Assembly: GCA_012295275.1 (NCBI GenBank)
Contig: CM022665.1
Location: forward strand, 29,884,001 to 29,948,000
Length of the DNA stretch: 64,000 bases
Origin: Chrysomallon squamiferum
Lineage: Eukaryota; Animalia; Mollusca
Reading direction: 5' to 3'
Below are positions 11,473-23,451 of the stretch, piece by piece (the first letter of the stretch is position 1; every line of letters begins with the position of its first letter). The position numbers and the translations under genes were made by a program. The notes under the pieces were generated by a model. That model was not told the DNA's origin and made no database searches. It saw only the letters and a program-made list of their open reading frames with translations.

Positions 11473-14400
11473 ATGTTTATTATCGTGAAGTTTGGGAATA
11501 ATGAGTCTTTGCTGTGTAACCCTAGTTGCGCTGTGGTTAATCTTTTGACTAGCATAAAAAGACGAGCGGGATATGGCAATTCGAATGTTATTCTGGATTT
11601 ATCAGATGAAACGGGTGAGTGCTTCAAATACCAAGTTTTCTTAGCCTGTTTTGTAAGTGAGCAAGATTAACAGTCAAGTGATTACTCATTTTTATAACAA
11701 TATTTTAAAGTTTTTAAGTAACAAAAATTTAAATTATTTATTTTGCATCCAGTTTCGGTTGTGGTTTTTTCTTCTGTTTTGGGGGAGGGAAAAATAAAAT
11801 AAAAATTAAGAGAGATAATACGTGTATCTATATATATGTGTGTGTCTGTGTGTCTGTCTGTCTGCGATTTAAAAGTTCCCTTTCCTAAACATTCGTTTAT
11901 TTATGGCTCTTTCATCTGTAAAATACAACATACATAGATATATATTTTAATATTTTTATTATTATTATTTTTTTTTTTTTTTATATTATTTATTTATTTA
12001 TTTATTTATTAATGTTAACAAAAGATAAAAGTAACTATTGAATCAGTATTTGACATAATTATTAATTAAATTGTGTTAAAATTTCATTTCATTCAGAATC
12101 ATAACTTTTAAAATTTCTTTCACTGCATTCCAATGTTCAGTGTAGAAATCTCGGCTAACGACCAGAATTAAAATGTCGCTTTTCAAAGCACAAAATCAAT
12201 AACATCAAATTCACTGAAGAAATTGTATAAAATTGATTAAGTTATCGCGGTATTGCTCTATAACGAGGTTTTCATTTCGGCTCTCATGGTATTCATTATT
12301 TAGAATAAAATGGTGTCTGAAAAGTTCAGTAACTTTAATGCAAGCAAGCAAATCTGGGAAATATTAAATTAAAGAATGTTGAAGTTACATTGTAAATAGA
12401 ATGTTTTATTAATTAAAACAAAGAAGAATACAAAATACTTTTAATCTTTTAACAATAAATAAAATAATAAATAAATGTATAAATAAATAACAATAACAAC
12501 AACAATAATAATAATGCATTTCTAAACACCCTAATTAATCGGATAGCAAAACGTCATTATAAAATAAAATAAAATAACAACATATATTTATTTATTTTAT
12601 TGTCACTTTGCACTCACTATTCGGGTAGCTTTGCTGGGGGTAACATACTTAGTCCGGATATTGATAACGTGTTGACTAATGAAACTATATGTCGAGAGGT
12701 AGATAAAAATAAAGAGTATGCAGTACACCTGACGTAGCTCATTTAACCTTGTTTTTCAAGTATAATGGTCATTGTATACATTAGTGATAAAGTCGTATTG
12801 GTTATTACCTCGTATTTCTTAACACTGTGGTATTCTCAGAGTTTGTCCTATGGAGAAAAATAAATAATATGTCAGCTAAATAACAACTCCGCTTTTGAAC
12901 GTATAAAAGTATTCAAACCTGGTGGCCCTCGTTAATTTAGAAATAACAAGAATTTCGCTGATTTATTCATTAGAGTTGAATTACGATGGGAACAGACGTT
13001 TGAATATGAAAAAGAAGAAGAAGAAGAAGAAAACATATTAATTGGACAGAATTAAAACATATTTTTTAAAAATACATAGAAATGTACGATCGATTTATGT
13101 AACTCAACAAAATCCCAGTGTACAAGCACAGGTAATCATTCCGAAATCTCAAATATTTTTCAAGCATCCCAGTTAGTCACTTTTAAATTTTTTGGAAGGT
13201 TTAGTGTACACAGACTTTATTTTATGTACACAATTTTTAAACTGTGATATAATCTACCCTCAGGCTATATGTATAAGCTGAATAAGAAATATAAATGGAT
13301 TTCATGTTTAGACTTGGATCCCGTTTTCAGTCTACTTCATTATATTCCAAAATCCAAAATAATCCGTCCCCAGGCATTTTGAACAAGGGATGCTAAATAT
13401 ATTTATCCTGCAATCACTCTAAATAAAAGGAAAATATCATGACTACCTAAATGTCACACTATCGTTGAACGTTACTTCTTTCCTGTTTAACTGCTGATTT
13501 AGATCTTAAAAGACCAAACTGATGACGGTTATTTCTTTTAAAAATAACAAATAAATTGACATTATTTAAGAACTGTTTTATTTTGATATGCAGTTTTTAA
13601 TAGGGGACAACGAAATCAAAACATGTGAATCTACTAGTCTTGAGAGCAATGAGCTGAGAAATAAAATAGCTAATATCATTCAATTACTGTTTTATTTAGG
13701 ACTGCAGGATAAAAGAAATAACTGGTTACTCTCTTAATATATCAGGTTTAACCGCTCAGGTTCAATGCCGAATGCAGCGAGGCAGAGCATTCGCCATTTT
13801 AACATTAGTAGGATAAAGTTGATATACCTTAAGACAGCAACCAGTTATTCCCTATATCTCGAATAAGAGATAATTTACTTTATCATACTTAGATATATTT
13901 GTGTGTGCCTTTGTATGTGTATGTACATGTAGGTAGATAGGTAGATGGATACATTATAGTTGGATAGATAGGCAGAGAGACTGGTAGATAGATAAATAGG
14001 TAGTTATTCAGAACAGAAAAATCTGTGCATTATAAACACTAGATTTATTGATGACACAGGGGTTAGCATATTCTCACATTTATACAACAGTCTATGAAAT
14101 ATATACAAGCTATGACGTATTTCTCGTGTAATTTAAAACTTCCAAAATCACACCATAGTTTAAACTTTTAAGACCCAATTGAAGCAATTGTTCTTAATGT
14201 GGGTTATTGTGGCTGATAGGAGTCTCACAATGCTACGCTTTATAATTTCTTAGCTGTCGATAAGCTCTCTTAAAAGCAAGGGAATGTTTTTTTGTTGGAA
14301 CAGAGTACCCACTTATTATGCAGCTGGCCATTGTTGTTAGAAATAAATACGTCACCTCACATTTCAAAAGACTCAGGTATTTTTTCCCCTTTGTATTATT

Positions 14401-16765
14401 GCTAAATACATGCAGATATGGTTTTTAATCTGAGGAGGTGAGGTTTCCTCAGATCGATACACATTTAGTATTAAGTTATCTAAGAAAATTTTTAAATATT
14501 TAATAAATCTATAAATAATAATAATATTAATTTCAGTATGTGCCATAATAACATAGTTTATTCTTGATGATTAGCCTACAAGAAAGAAGAAACTGATTTT
14601 TTTTTTTTTTTTTTACACAGTAAAGTACACACCAACGCCTTTGGTAAAACTAGTTCTGAGAAAAATAAATAACAAATCAAAAAGATTACAAACAGGCAAA
14701 AATATTATTTCCATTTGCATTTAGATTATGTATTATTAAATAAATAAACTGTTTAACATACTGTATTATGATGAATGAGTGAATGAAGTAAGGTAATTAT
14801 AGACACATTATACGTATTAACAAAATTTCAAAACTTTAAGTGGGTTTAAATGAATCATAGATCTGATTTTTCCAACGAGGGATATTTAGTTTGTCCAAAC
14901 TATCCTCCATTCGTTCAAATTATTTTATTAGTCATCTCCACTTTACCTAAATGAACGAAATCATGTCAAAGTCAGTAGTGGTAATACGTATATGTTTAAT
15001 GTCCTTTATAGTTTTAATTTTGTTTTCATAAATTATATTATTACACTGTTTAATTAGGTATTTAAATATATAAATGTTTTTAGGATGAGGGTTTTTAGGC
15101 ATGTAAAATAAATTCATATACCTTTCATTGCAGTTCTGATTAGAAATTTATTAAGAAACATTTTAATTGGATATTAAAATGAATTATGTATTTACTTACT
15201 TTTAAACACTGTAACAGAAATACTTGCACTCCATGTGTTTAAATTCATTTCTTAATCTGTCAATTCATGTCAGACTTTAAACAATTATTTTTCAAAGTAC
15301 TTTTTAATATAAGCTAACAATGTTAGGTCATTAAAAATATCTATCCTCATAATATTGCTGTAACGTGCTTTGAAATAGTACAATTTGCATAATTTTTGTG
15401 TTATACATATGTTTGAAGATAATATCTAAGTAGCAAGGAAAAAAACAAAAAATGCGACGGTAATACTGGATTAACTTGCACAAAATGGATTAACATAACG
15501 TAAATTCTGTGTAAAGTGGAGCCACGTTGACCGGCCGATAAATCAATTTCGACATGCTTCATGAAAATGACTTTTAACAAAAAGACGTATTTCGCTTCGT
15601 TGATTTACGTCTAAGGGAAAATGCTACCGCGTGTTGGCTTGTATTAAATCAAATATTGAAAGACTTTGCCTCAAGCGTAAGTTTCATAGAAAAAAAAGGC
15701 TGATGGATTCCATTGTATAACGAGGCAATTAAGAAGAAAAACGTTACCAACGATACATATAAATGGGGGCGGGTTCTTCAGATTACAGACGAAATTAATG
15801 AAATTTTAATTAGATCGATTTATATATTTTATACACTAGTATACTATTTTACAGTTGTCGAAACACATACACACACACACACACACTAGCATATCCAAGA
15901 AATATAACCTAAGTAATTTTACAAATAAAAAAAAATTATCATTTTAGAAAAAACAAGAATTTCACATCTTTGGTGGGGGGGTGTTGTTGTTGTTTTTTTA
16001 AATTTTTTATTAATTAAATTAATTAATTTAGTTAGATAGCTTGTTTGTTTGTTTTTGCTGTTGTGTATTTATTTATTTATTACTTTTATTATTTTTTGGA
16101 GGGTTGGGGGGGTCTATGATAAAACTCATTTCGTTTTCTAAATCATTTCCACAACAAAAAGAACGGCCCCTTATGCGCAATATAGATCCGCCTTTTCAGA
16201 TCCATAAACATAAAAGAGGCAAACATACTGTCAGTTAATATCCTATATGTAGTTTTTTTTATCTGCTTGCATAACTGAAGTTTAAATGAAATGACAATCA
16301 GATAATAATAAAAGCCGAACTGCCACACATAATAAAAAGGTTTTCTGTTGCGTAAAGGTAAACAGACTTTAACCCGAGGTGAGTACACGAAGCGAGACTT
16401 TTTTTCCTATATCCTTTTCTTGTTTTATTTAAACGTCGTTTTAGTATTATTTAAATCTCAGGATAGGTTTACAGACGTAGTGAATCAAAGCTTTATTAGA
16501 ACGCTTATAAAATTCTTCATATCATTCAGACGTATTACGATTTGTTTGACTTACATGTCTTCAGGAAATCACATGGATCTCTGAGTGCTACGATACGTCG
16601 TCGAGCTATTTGGCAACTCCATTGCTTCTGTTAAATATGTACGCATTAAATATAAGGACTAGTTGCATACTTCAGTCAATACCTTTTATTTTCCATACAT
16701 AATCTGTGTATTTTATTTTATTTTACTTTTTCTTCCATATATATATATTTATGTATGTATGTATG

Positions 16766-16817
<52 letters not shown>

Positions 16818-17343
16818 CTGATAAATTCATTTGTATTTGTATAATTTCAGGCGTTTTTTTTTTAAATAAAATATTTTAAATAACTTAATATACAAAAGAA
16901 TAGAACTTTAAATTATTTATAAATTTGTATTGATCTTTCCATCACTTTTTGTTTAAATTAAAACGCTTTAGAATTAATAAAATGAAACGGAATAAAATGT
17001 TAAATAATTAAAAAATTCATTTAATTATTACTTTTTCTTCAAATAATAAAGTATTTTAAATATTCGTCCGCTAAAACTCATGCACAGGGGCGCCAACATA
17101 CAAAGACACAGGCATTTACATTGATTTGAATTTGAATTTCTGAAAAAAAATTAATAATGATTTGTTTGAAGGTGTTAGTTAATATAGAAAGTAAAAATCA
17201 ACAGTAAAATTTAACGTCAGTCGTGAATATGTAAAACTCATTATGTTCGAGTTAAAATTTATATTAACTAACATTTTATTAAAATAGTTATACGTATTAA
17301 TGAAATGTTCGATTAATATGTATATTATGAAAATATATAAATT

Positions 17344-17394
<51 letters not shown>

Positions 17395-17551
17395 TCACAC
17401 ACAGAAATAGACAGATATATTTATTTGAATGGGTTTACATAAATCAAGTTTGCTCAAAATACTGTGTGTTACACACACACACACACACCAGAGCATACAC
17501 AGATAATTTATTATTACGTCTTCAAAAATAAAAATAAAAATAAATAAATAA

Positions 17552-17586
<35 letters not shown>

Positions 17587-18202
17587 GATATTCCCAAAAC
17601 AACAGCATAGGTGTGCATACAAGCGGAACATTAGAAATCACATTTCTATTACAAATGGGCTTTGAAGTATGTCATATTTACTTCGGGACGGTAGTTTAAT
17701 ATAAAGGTTACCTACTTCTTTATGAAAAATTGTCATTCAGAGTATTTGTACATTGATCTAAGTATGCATTCATTTCGTTTACGTCTGTCAAATGTGACTG
17801 AAGAGATTCGAGAGGATTTCTCATTTTAAAACCTTTCCTAAATATTTACGTTCGTCTCTCCGCGTGACATGTCACAATTAAAACACCACTGAAAAGCACC
17901 AATACAATGCATACGTCTTGACACTTAATAAAGATAAAAATATCATCTATCTATTAAGCCACGTGATTTAATACTTATAGCTTTTTCAAACAACTCGGAT
18001 ACATTTAATAACTTTAATAAAAAGACTAAAAAAAAAAAGACGAATAAAAAGATTATAGCATAAAAATATATGTTTTATGTACTGACATTTATCATTAAAA
18101 TAGATTCTTGAAAAAATTAATAAAACTTTTTTTTTTTTTAATGTCACAATGGGGGAAAAAAATTATTTTCAATTGAAAATGTTTTATTGTTGTTGTTGTT
18201 GC

Positions 18203-18242
<40 letters not shown>

Positions 18243-18722
18243 TACTTACTTTTCCTTAGCTTATGTGTATGTATTGTTTTCTGACGCTTATAATCAGACC
18301 AATAAACTGTTTTCGAGTTTTGGACTTTCACACTATCACGGCCAAGGTACCACACTTGTTAAAATGTATATATAAATAATTTAACGAGTATTTTTCTCTT
18401 TTCTTTTGAAGGAATGGTAAAAGAACTGGATGTGCACAAGAATGAATACGCTACTAAGTTTCTTATATCCCATAACACCTACATCCTGGTTCAGAAAGAG
18501 ATTTTAGCTGACGAGTCTTCGCCAGACGGAAACTCTACTCCAACTCCAAATTTTCAGTATGTGCCTCTCCTCGAGAAATACGCAGAGCTCTTCCCTAGTT
18601 ACAAGCTGCACGTGCAGGAAGTGGAAAAGAAAAAATCGCGAAGAACCACAAGCAAGTCACCGAGTCCTGCTGGAAGATTTCAGTCGAAAGGAAAAAGCAA
18701 GAGGACACCAAAACGGAAATGA
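11473..18722 (+). CDS. CXorf65/C22orf15-family uncharacterised protein, 2 coding exons, 150 aa
   Basis: Exon 11473-11614 (MFIIVKFGNNESLLCNPSCAVVNLLTSIKRRAG...LDLSDETG, donor G|GTGAGT) joins in phase 1 to exon 18412-18722 (GMVKELDVHKNEYATKFLISHNTYILVQ...YVPLL, then a basic tail). The patterns MFIxVKFG...NxxCxVVNLL, DLxDExG and YAxxFLxxxxTY are typical of this family. The intron is 6.8 kb. Confidence 0.85.
16768..16815. repeat. (TG)n microsatellite
   Basis: About 24 TG units. Confidence 0.95.
17347..17403. repeat. Compound (TC)n(AC)n microsatellite
   Basis: About 17 TC units followed by AC units. Confidence 0.93.
18187..18240. repeat. Compound (TTG)n(TTA)n microsatellite
   Basis: TTG units followed by TTA units. 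These explain the poly-Leu ORF 18187-18375. Confidence 0.92.
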
Positions 18723-19338
18723 TGTTATTATTGTATTCTTGCGCATTCACGTCGCTAACAACTATAAACGAACATTTTATGCAAAGTAACTAATATTTAG
18801 TAACTATTTTGCTGAATTATATATAAAAGTAAATTAAAAAAAAAAAATAATAATAATACACGTTTAAATTTTAAAATAACAAATAGTCAAAGAAACTTTC
18901 AGATATTAGAAAAAAATAAAAATAAAAAAATAAATATATATATATATATATATTATATATGAATTGAGTTTATCTTCACAACCAATGAAATCCATTTTAT
19001 TTGTCCATGACAATGTATTAGTTAGAGCTTACGATTAACATTAGCTGTACATTATTTCACTCATTAAAATACTGTCGCGATCGTTTGAAACTTACTAAAA
19101 TGTGTCTTTGATTGTATCTTTCGTCAAGTTCTTGATGCTGAACTCATGACCTATTAGTAACATTTTATTTATTAGTATTTTGTATTAAAGATTTTTTATT
19201 ATTTTAACAAAATCAACAAGCCTTTCTCTTAAAATATAACTGTTTTTGACTTTATCATATTAATTTTGCATTCATTTTTAATATAGTTATGTGGGTTTTG
19301 TTTTAATATTTTTATTTCTTCTTCCACTTCTTCTTCTT

Positions 19339-19370
<32 letters not shown>

Positions 19371-22300
19371 CACGTTTTTAATTAGGATAAAAACAAAATA
19401 ACCATTAAAAAAGCAAAAGTAACATAATATAATACAAGTAAAAAAAAATAATAATAACAAAAAAACAAAACAACAACAATACATACAGCTGAAATTTAGA
19501 CATGGTTAAATAAAACATGGTTTACAGTTTTCTTTATTAATTTAGTTTTTCAGCTTACCATTTTTAACATCAGGTGATCTCAGATTATTCCCATCGTTAC
19601 CATTAAGATTTACCATAAAAAATGTAGTATCATGTTCATTTTAATATATTTTACTTATTTATTTAGTTATTCATTTATTTATTGTTTTTATAATATCGCT
19701 TATCATTGAATTTTTTTCCAACTGAGTAGATTTATGTGCAGTTCAAGATACAAATTTATATCTCTCTCATAGCAAAGTGATTAGGAATTATCACTAATAA
19801 TTCAAGTGTACATTTCTTTTTTCTTTTTTTATTATTGTTATTTTTTTTTTTTTATATAACAATATATTATAATTAATTTTAAAAGAAAAGTATATAGGTC
19901 TAGGTCACACAAACACACACACATACACACATTTATTGTTAACATAATTCGATAATCCACTGAGTTACTCGACACTCTTTCGCCCTGGAGCACTTCAAAA
20001 ATTCCAAGATCGTGAATTGGAAACGTGCTATAGCTGTAGACATTATCGTTTAAGAGAAACGACAATTCCCGAGTCTAACCTGCGGGTTTATAAGACAAAG
20101 ACACTCTTAAAATTCATATCTAATGAAGGAGTCACGCGATATTATTATAATAATTAGAAAAATTATCGGCTCAATCATATAAAATTAACACTGATATAAT
20201 CACAGTCATTTTTGACTGACATAATATGTTTTATAATATTTATAAGTCCAACAAATTGTAATGTCACTTGGAGTTATGTTTGATGTCTTGTGAATAATAT
20301 AAAACGGTCCTAAAATTCAATGAAGTTAAATTTATGTTGTCACATAGTTGATTATTTAATATATCGCAGAGTACTAGATGCCTTGTCATTTTTCTTGCTT
20401 TTTGTGGATGAGAAATATTTTTCTGGATCTGTCGTACTTACAGAAAATTGACACAATTAGGAGGAACGATGACTTAAAAACTTCTGATGGTGCGAATTCA
20501 GTCACAAACATTTAACACTGGAAGATCATTTCAAAACAATTATTAAATTAAAGTTCTCTGTGAACGTAAACATTTAAAAGTAAATTTCGAGAAAACATTA
20601 CTCTTTTCCTCAAAAAAAAAAAAAAAAAAAAAAAAAGAAGAAGTAGCTTAAGAGAATAGGCCTATCATGTATAAAAAAAAAAAAAAAAAATTAAAATAAT
20701 ATCCGTAAGAGAACGTCATTTAATTAAAAAAATTATGAAATGGTAAAGCTAAATCCGCCATCTTTTCTGCTTTTTTCAGCCCCGTTGTGGCTGACTGTAA
20801 TATTAGCAGCAGCAATTTTGCAATCTAGTTTCAGCAATACATTATTGTTGTTATTGCTGCCGTTGTTCTTTACAGTAACTCAGCTCAGTTAAAAACCATC
20901 TTATCGCCTGTTTTGAATAATTATCAATATATAGCTCTTTTTCCTTCTTCTTTTCATTTTTTTTTTTTTTTTTGATTGGTCAAAAAAGAAGATGAAAAAA
21001 GAAAGAAAGAAGGAATCTACGTGTTCTTCTGTTTATATGTCTGTGCATTCTCAACACAATCCTGCAACTGATTTGATTCGATGAATAATCATATCTTTAT
21101 AACAAAAACTGATTAAGAGGTTATGAAGGCCATACCAAGTTTTTAAGACAAAACATACTTAAAAGCCTTTAAAAAATAACCAGACTGCGGTATGACCTGG
21201 TAGTTTACTGACAAAGCTTGCACGTTATGAAGTATAATATATAAATATTAATCGATAAATAAATATAAAATTTACTTAATTTTTAAAAGCCAATAATAAA
21301 AAAAAAATTAAAAATGAATGAATGAATAAATAAAATTTATAAGAAATAAAAATAAAAATGAATAAAAATAAAAAAGATTTATTTTAGTAATATGGATCAG
21401 CTGACGAGAGGTTGGATTTACAAAATGAAATTAAGCACTATGTGGTGCACTTAGTCTAAATATCATATTATTTTACAAAAACTAAATCCTTTTTTTTTTT
21501 TTTTTTTTTTTTTCAACCATTTAATAAATATAATTAATTCGTTTCACATACATTAGAAGTTGATCTTTAAGACGAAGTTTTTAAAATCAAGTATGAAACT
21601 GTATCGGAATTTTGCTATGAATTATTCTTTTTTCGCTAGAACAAATTTATAAAGATCATATGAAATATCACTGGTTATTTTAGGTTTGTCAAAACGTGTT
21701 ATCTTTTTAATCAGCACTGTAGCAGCTAATGTTTATTTTAAATCAAGGGAGGTAAATAGGAAGGCACGAAGTTTCAAGATTTTATTTTGTTTCTTATTTT
21801 TAGTTGTTTTTACTTTCAGGTCAGTTTTGTAAATTTGTCTAATTTCGACTACAGAATGCACAGGGTATTTGGCAGTAAAAGTCATATGTTGACGAAACTT
21901 GTAACCAACCTTTGTTTTTAAACATCAAAAAAAAAAAAAAATACCACGTGCTTTTCAAAACTATTTCTTACCTACTTCTCTCCCTTTAGCCTTAGAAAAG
22001 AAAAATAATAACAATAATCGAGTGTTAGCTGCTAACATGGTATTAAAAAAAAAACACTAGTATATTTGACAAGCTAAAAGTGGAATGTGGTATTTTATTT
22101 ATTACCTTTTTTTTTATATATATATTTGTTCAATTGTCAAAAGGATAAATAAAAGCAAAATTCAGAGAAAAACTTCTTATTTGAATTTACAAATCACGTC
22201 TTGAACTGAAGATTACCAAGAAAATACTTTCACCTCCAGTAATTCTCCGACTGCATTATTGGCAATCCTGATTGGAACAAAAACAGTTTATAAGCTGCCT

Positions 22301-23451
22301 TTTTAATGACCGAAAACTTCTGGATCAAATGTGATGACCTGTTGAATATAATTAAAAATAAATTCTGTGAAATACATTTATTTGATATAATAGATTTTAA
22401 TACATTTTTAAAACGTTGAAACACAAAGGAATAATGTTTGCTATTCCAGCTGTATCACTTTGTTTTTTTATAATTAACCATCACTTTTAATTTAATAATT
22501 ATATTCATAAAATTTGTTTTCTAAATACAGTTATGTCAGGAGTATGCTCTAGTATTGTTTAGGCAGTTATTTCTTTTTAAATATTACATCCAATATAGTA
22601 TTTAAAATATTTCAGTCGAACCCTAATTGCAATACCTCAAGTGTTTTTTTCGTGATTTACTGTGGAATAGATATAACTTTCCACAGCACTTCTTAATGTT
22701 TCTGATACTGGTCCCAATAACAAAGTTTTGCATGGCTATGTATCATAGAAGATTAATGTGACTCATATTGACGTCTGAATTCGCCGCAAACTAAGTAAGT
22801 AAATGCATGAACAATTACTGAACAGTATACTCAACTTACTTTTAATATAGAGACTTACTGAAAGGAAATCCGTATAGCAATAACGAAACGTGTCTTATTC
22901 TTTTCTTCTTTATTTCTCTCTGTATAATATTAACAACAGTTATTTTATTTTAGTAACTGGATCATGTAACTTATCATGCCTTGGATTAGCTCTCTGCACA
23001 AACATGCACATAGGCAGTTATTTATATTGTTTTTACTGGGCACTTTGCGCCATTAGTTACTAATTGTCGGTGCGCACATTCATGTTAAAGGAAAACCGGT
23101 AAAAACGAAAGCTGGCTTTAGGACGCCGCCAGAGTTCGGATTTTACAAAATTTGTTAGGTATGACAGCGAAATTTTAGATAAACCGTAAAGACTAAAAAA
23201 AACAACTTAAATACTAAAGCTGTATCACTTACGATGATGCTTAATGACTTATGAAAAAGGATGGATTACCTTTAAACAATAATAATAACAAGTTAACAAT
23301 TATCATTCTCAAAATTGATGATCATGCTCATGATGCTGTGGCTGTGGCAAACTGAAATTATTATATTAGATGTTATTCTTCAGTACAGACTTTTCAAATG
23401 GTTGTGACTTTAACATTTCACTAGTAGATGTGCATAGAATGAGCCTTTTAA

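Noticed and set aside
9594-18375. ORFs with poly-N, poly-L or ER repeats (9594-9926, 17179-17394, 17395-17631, 18187-18375)
   Set aside because: They are translations of microsatellites.
19948-20157. Stop-free + strand frame of about 69 codons (FDNPLSYSTLF...LLKFISNEG...)
   Set aside because: It has no ATG, no credible acceptor and no recognisable homology. It may be a decayed repeat, but I cannot support that.
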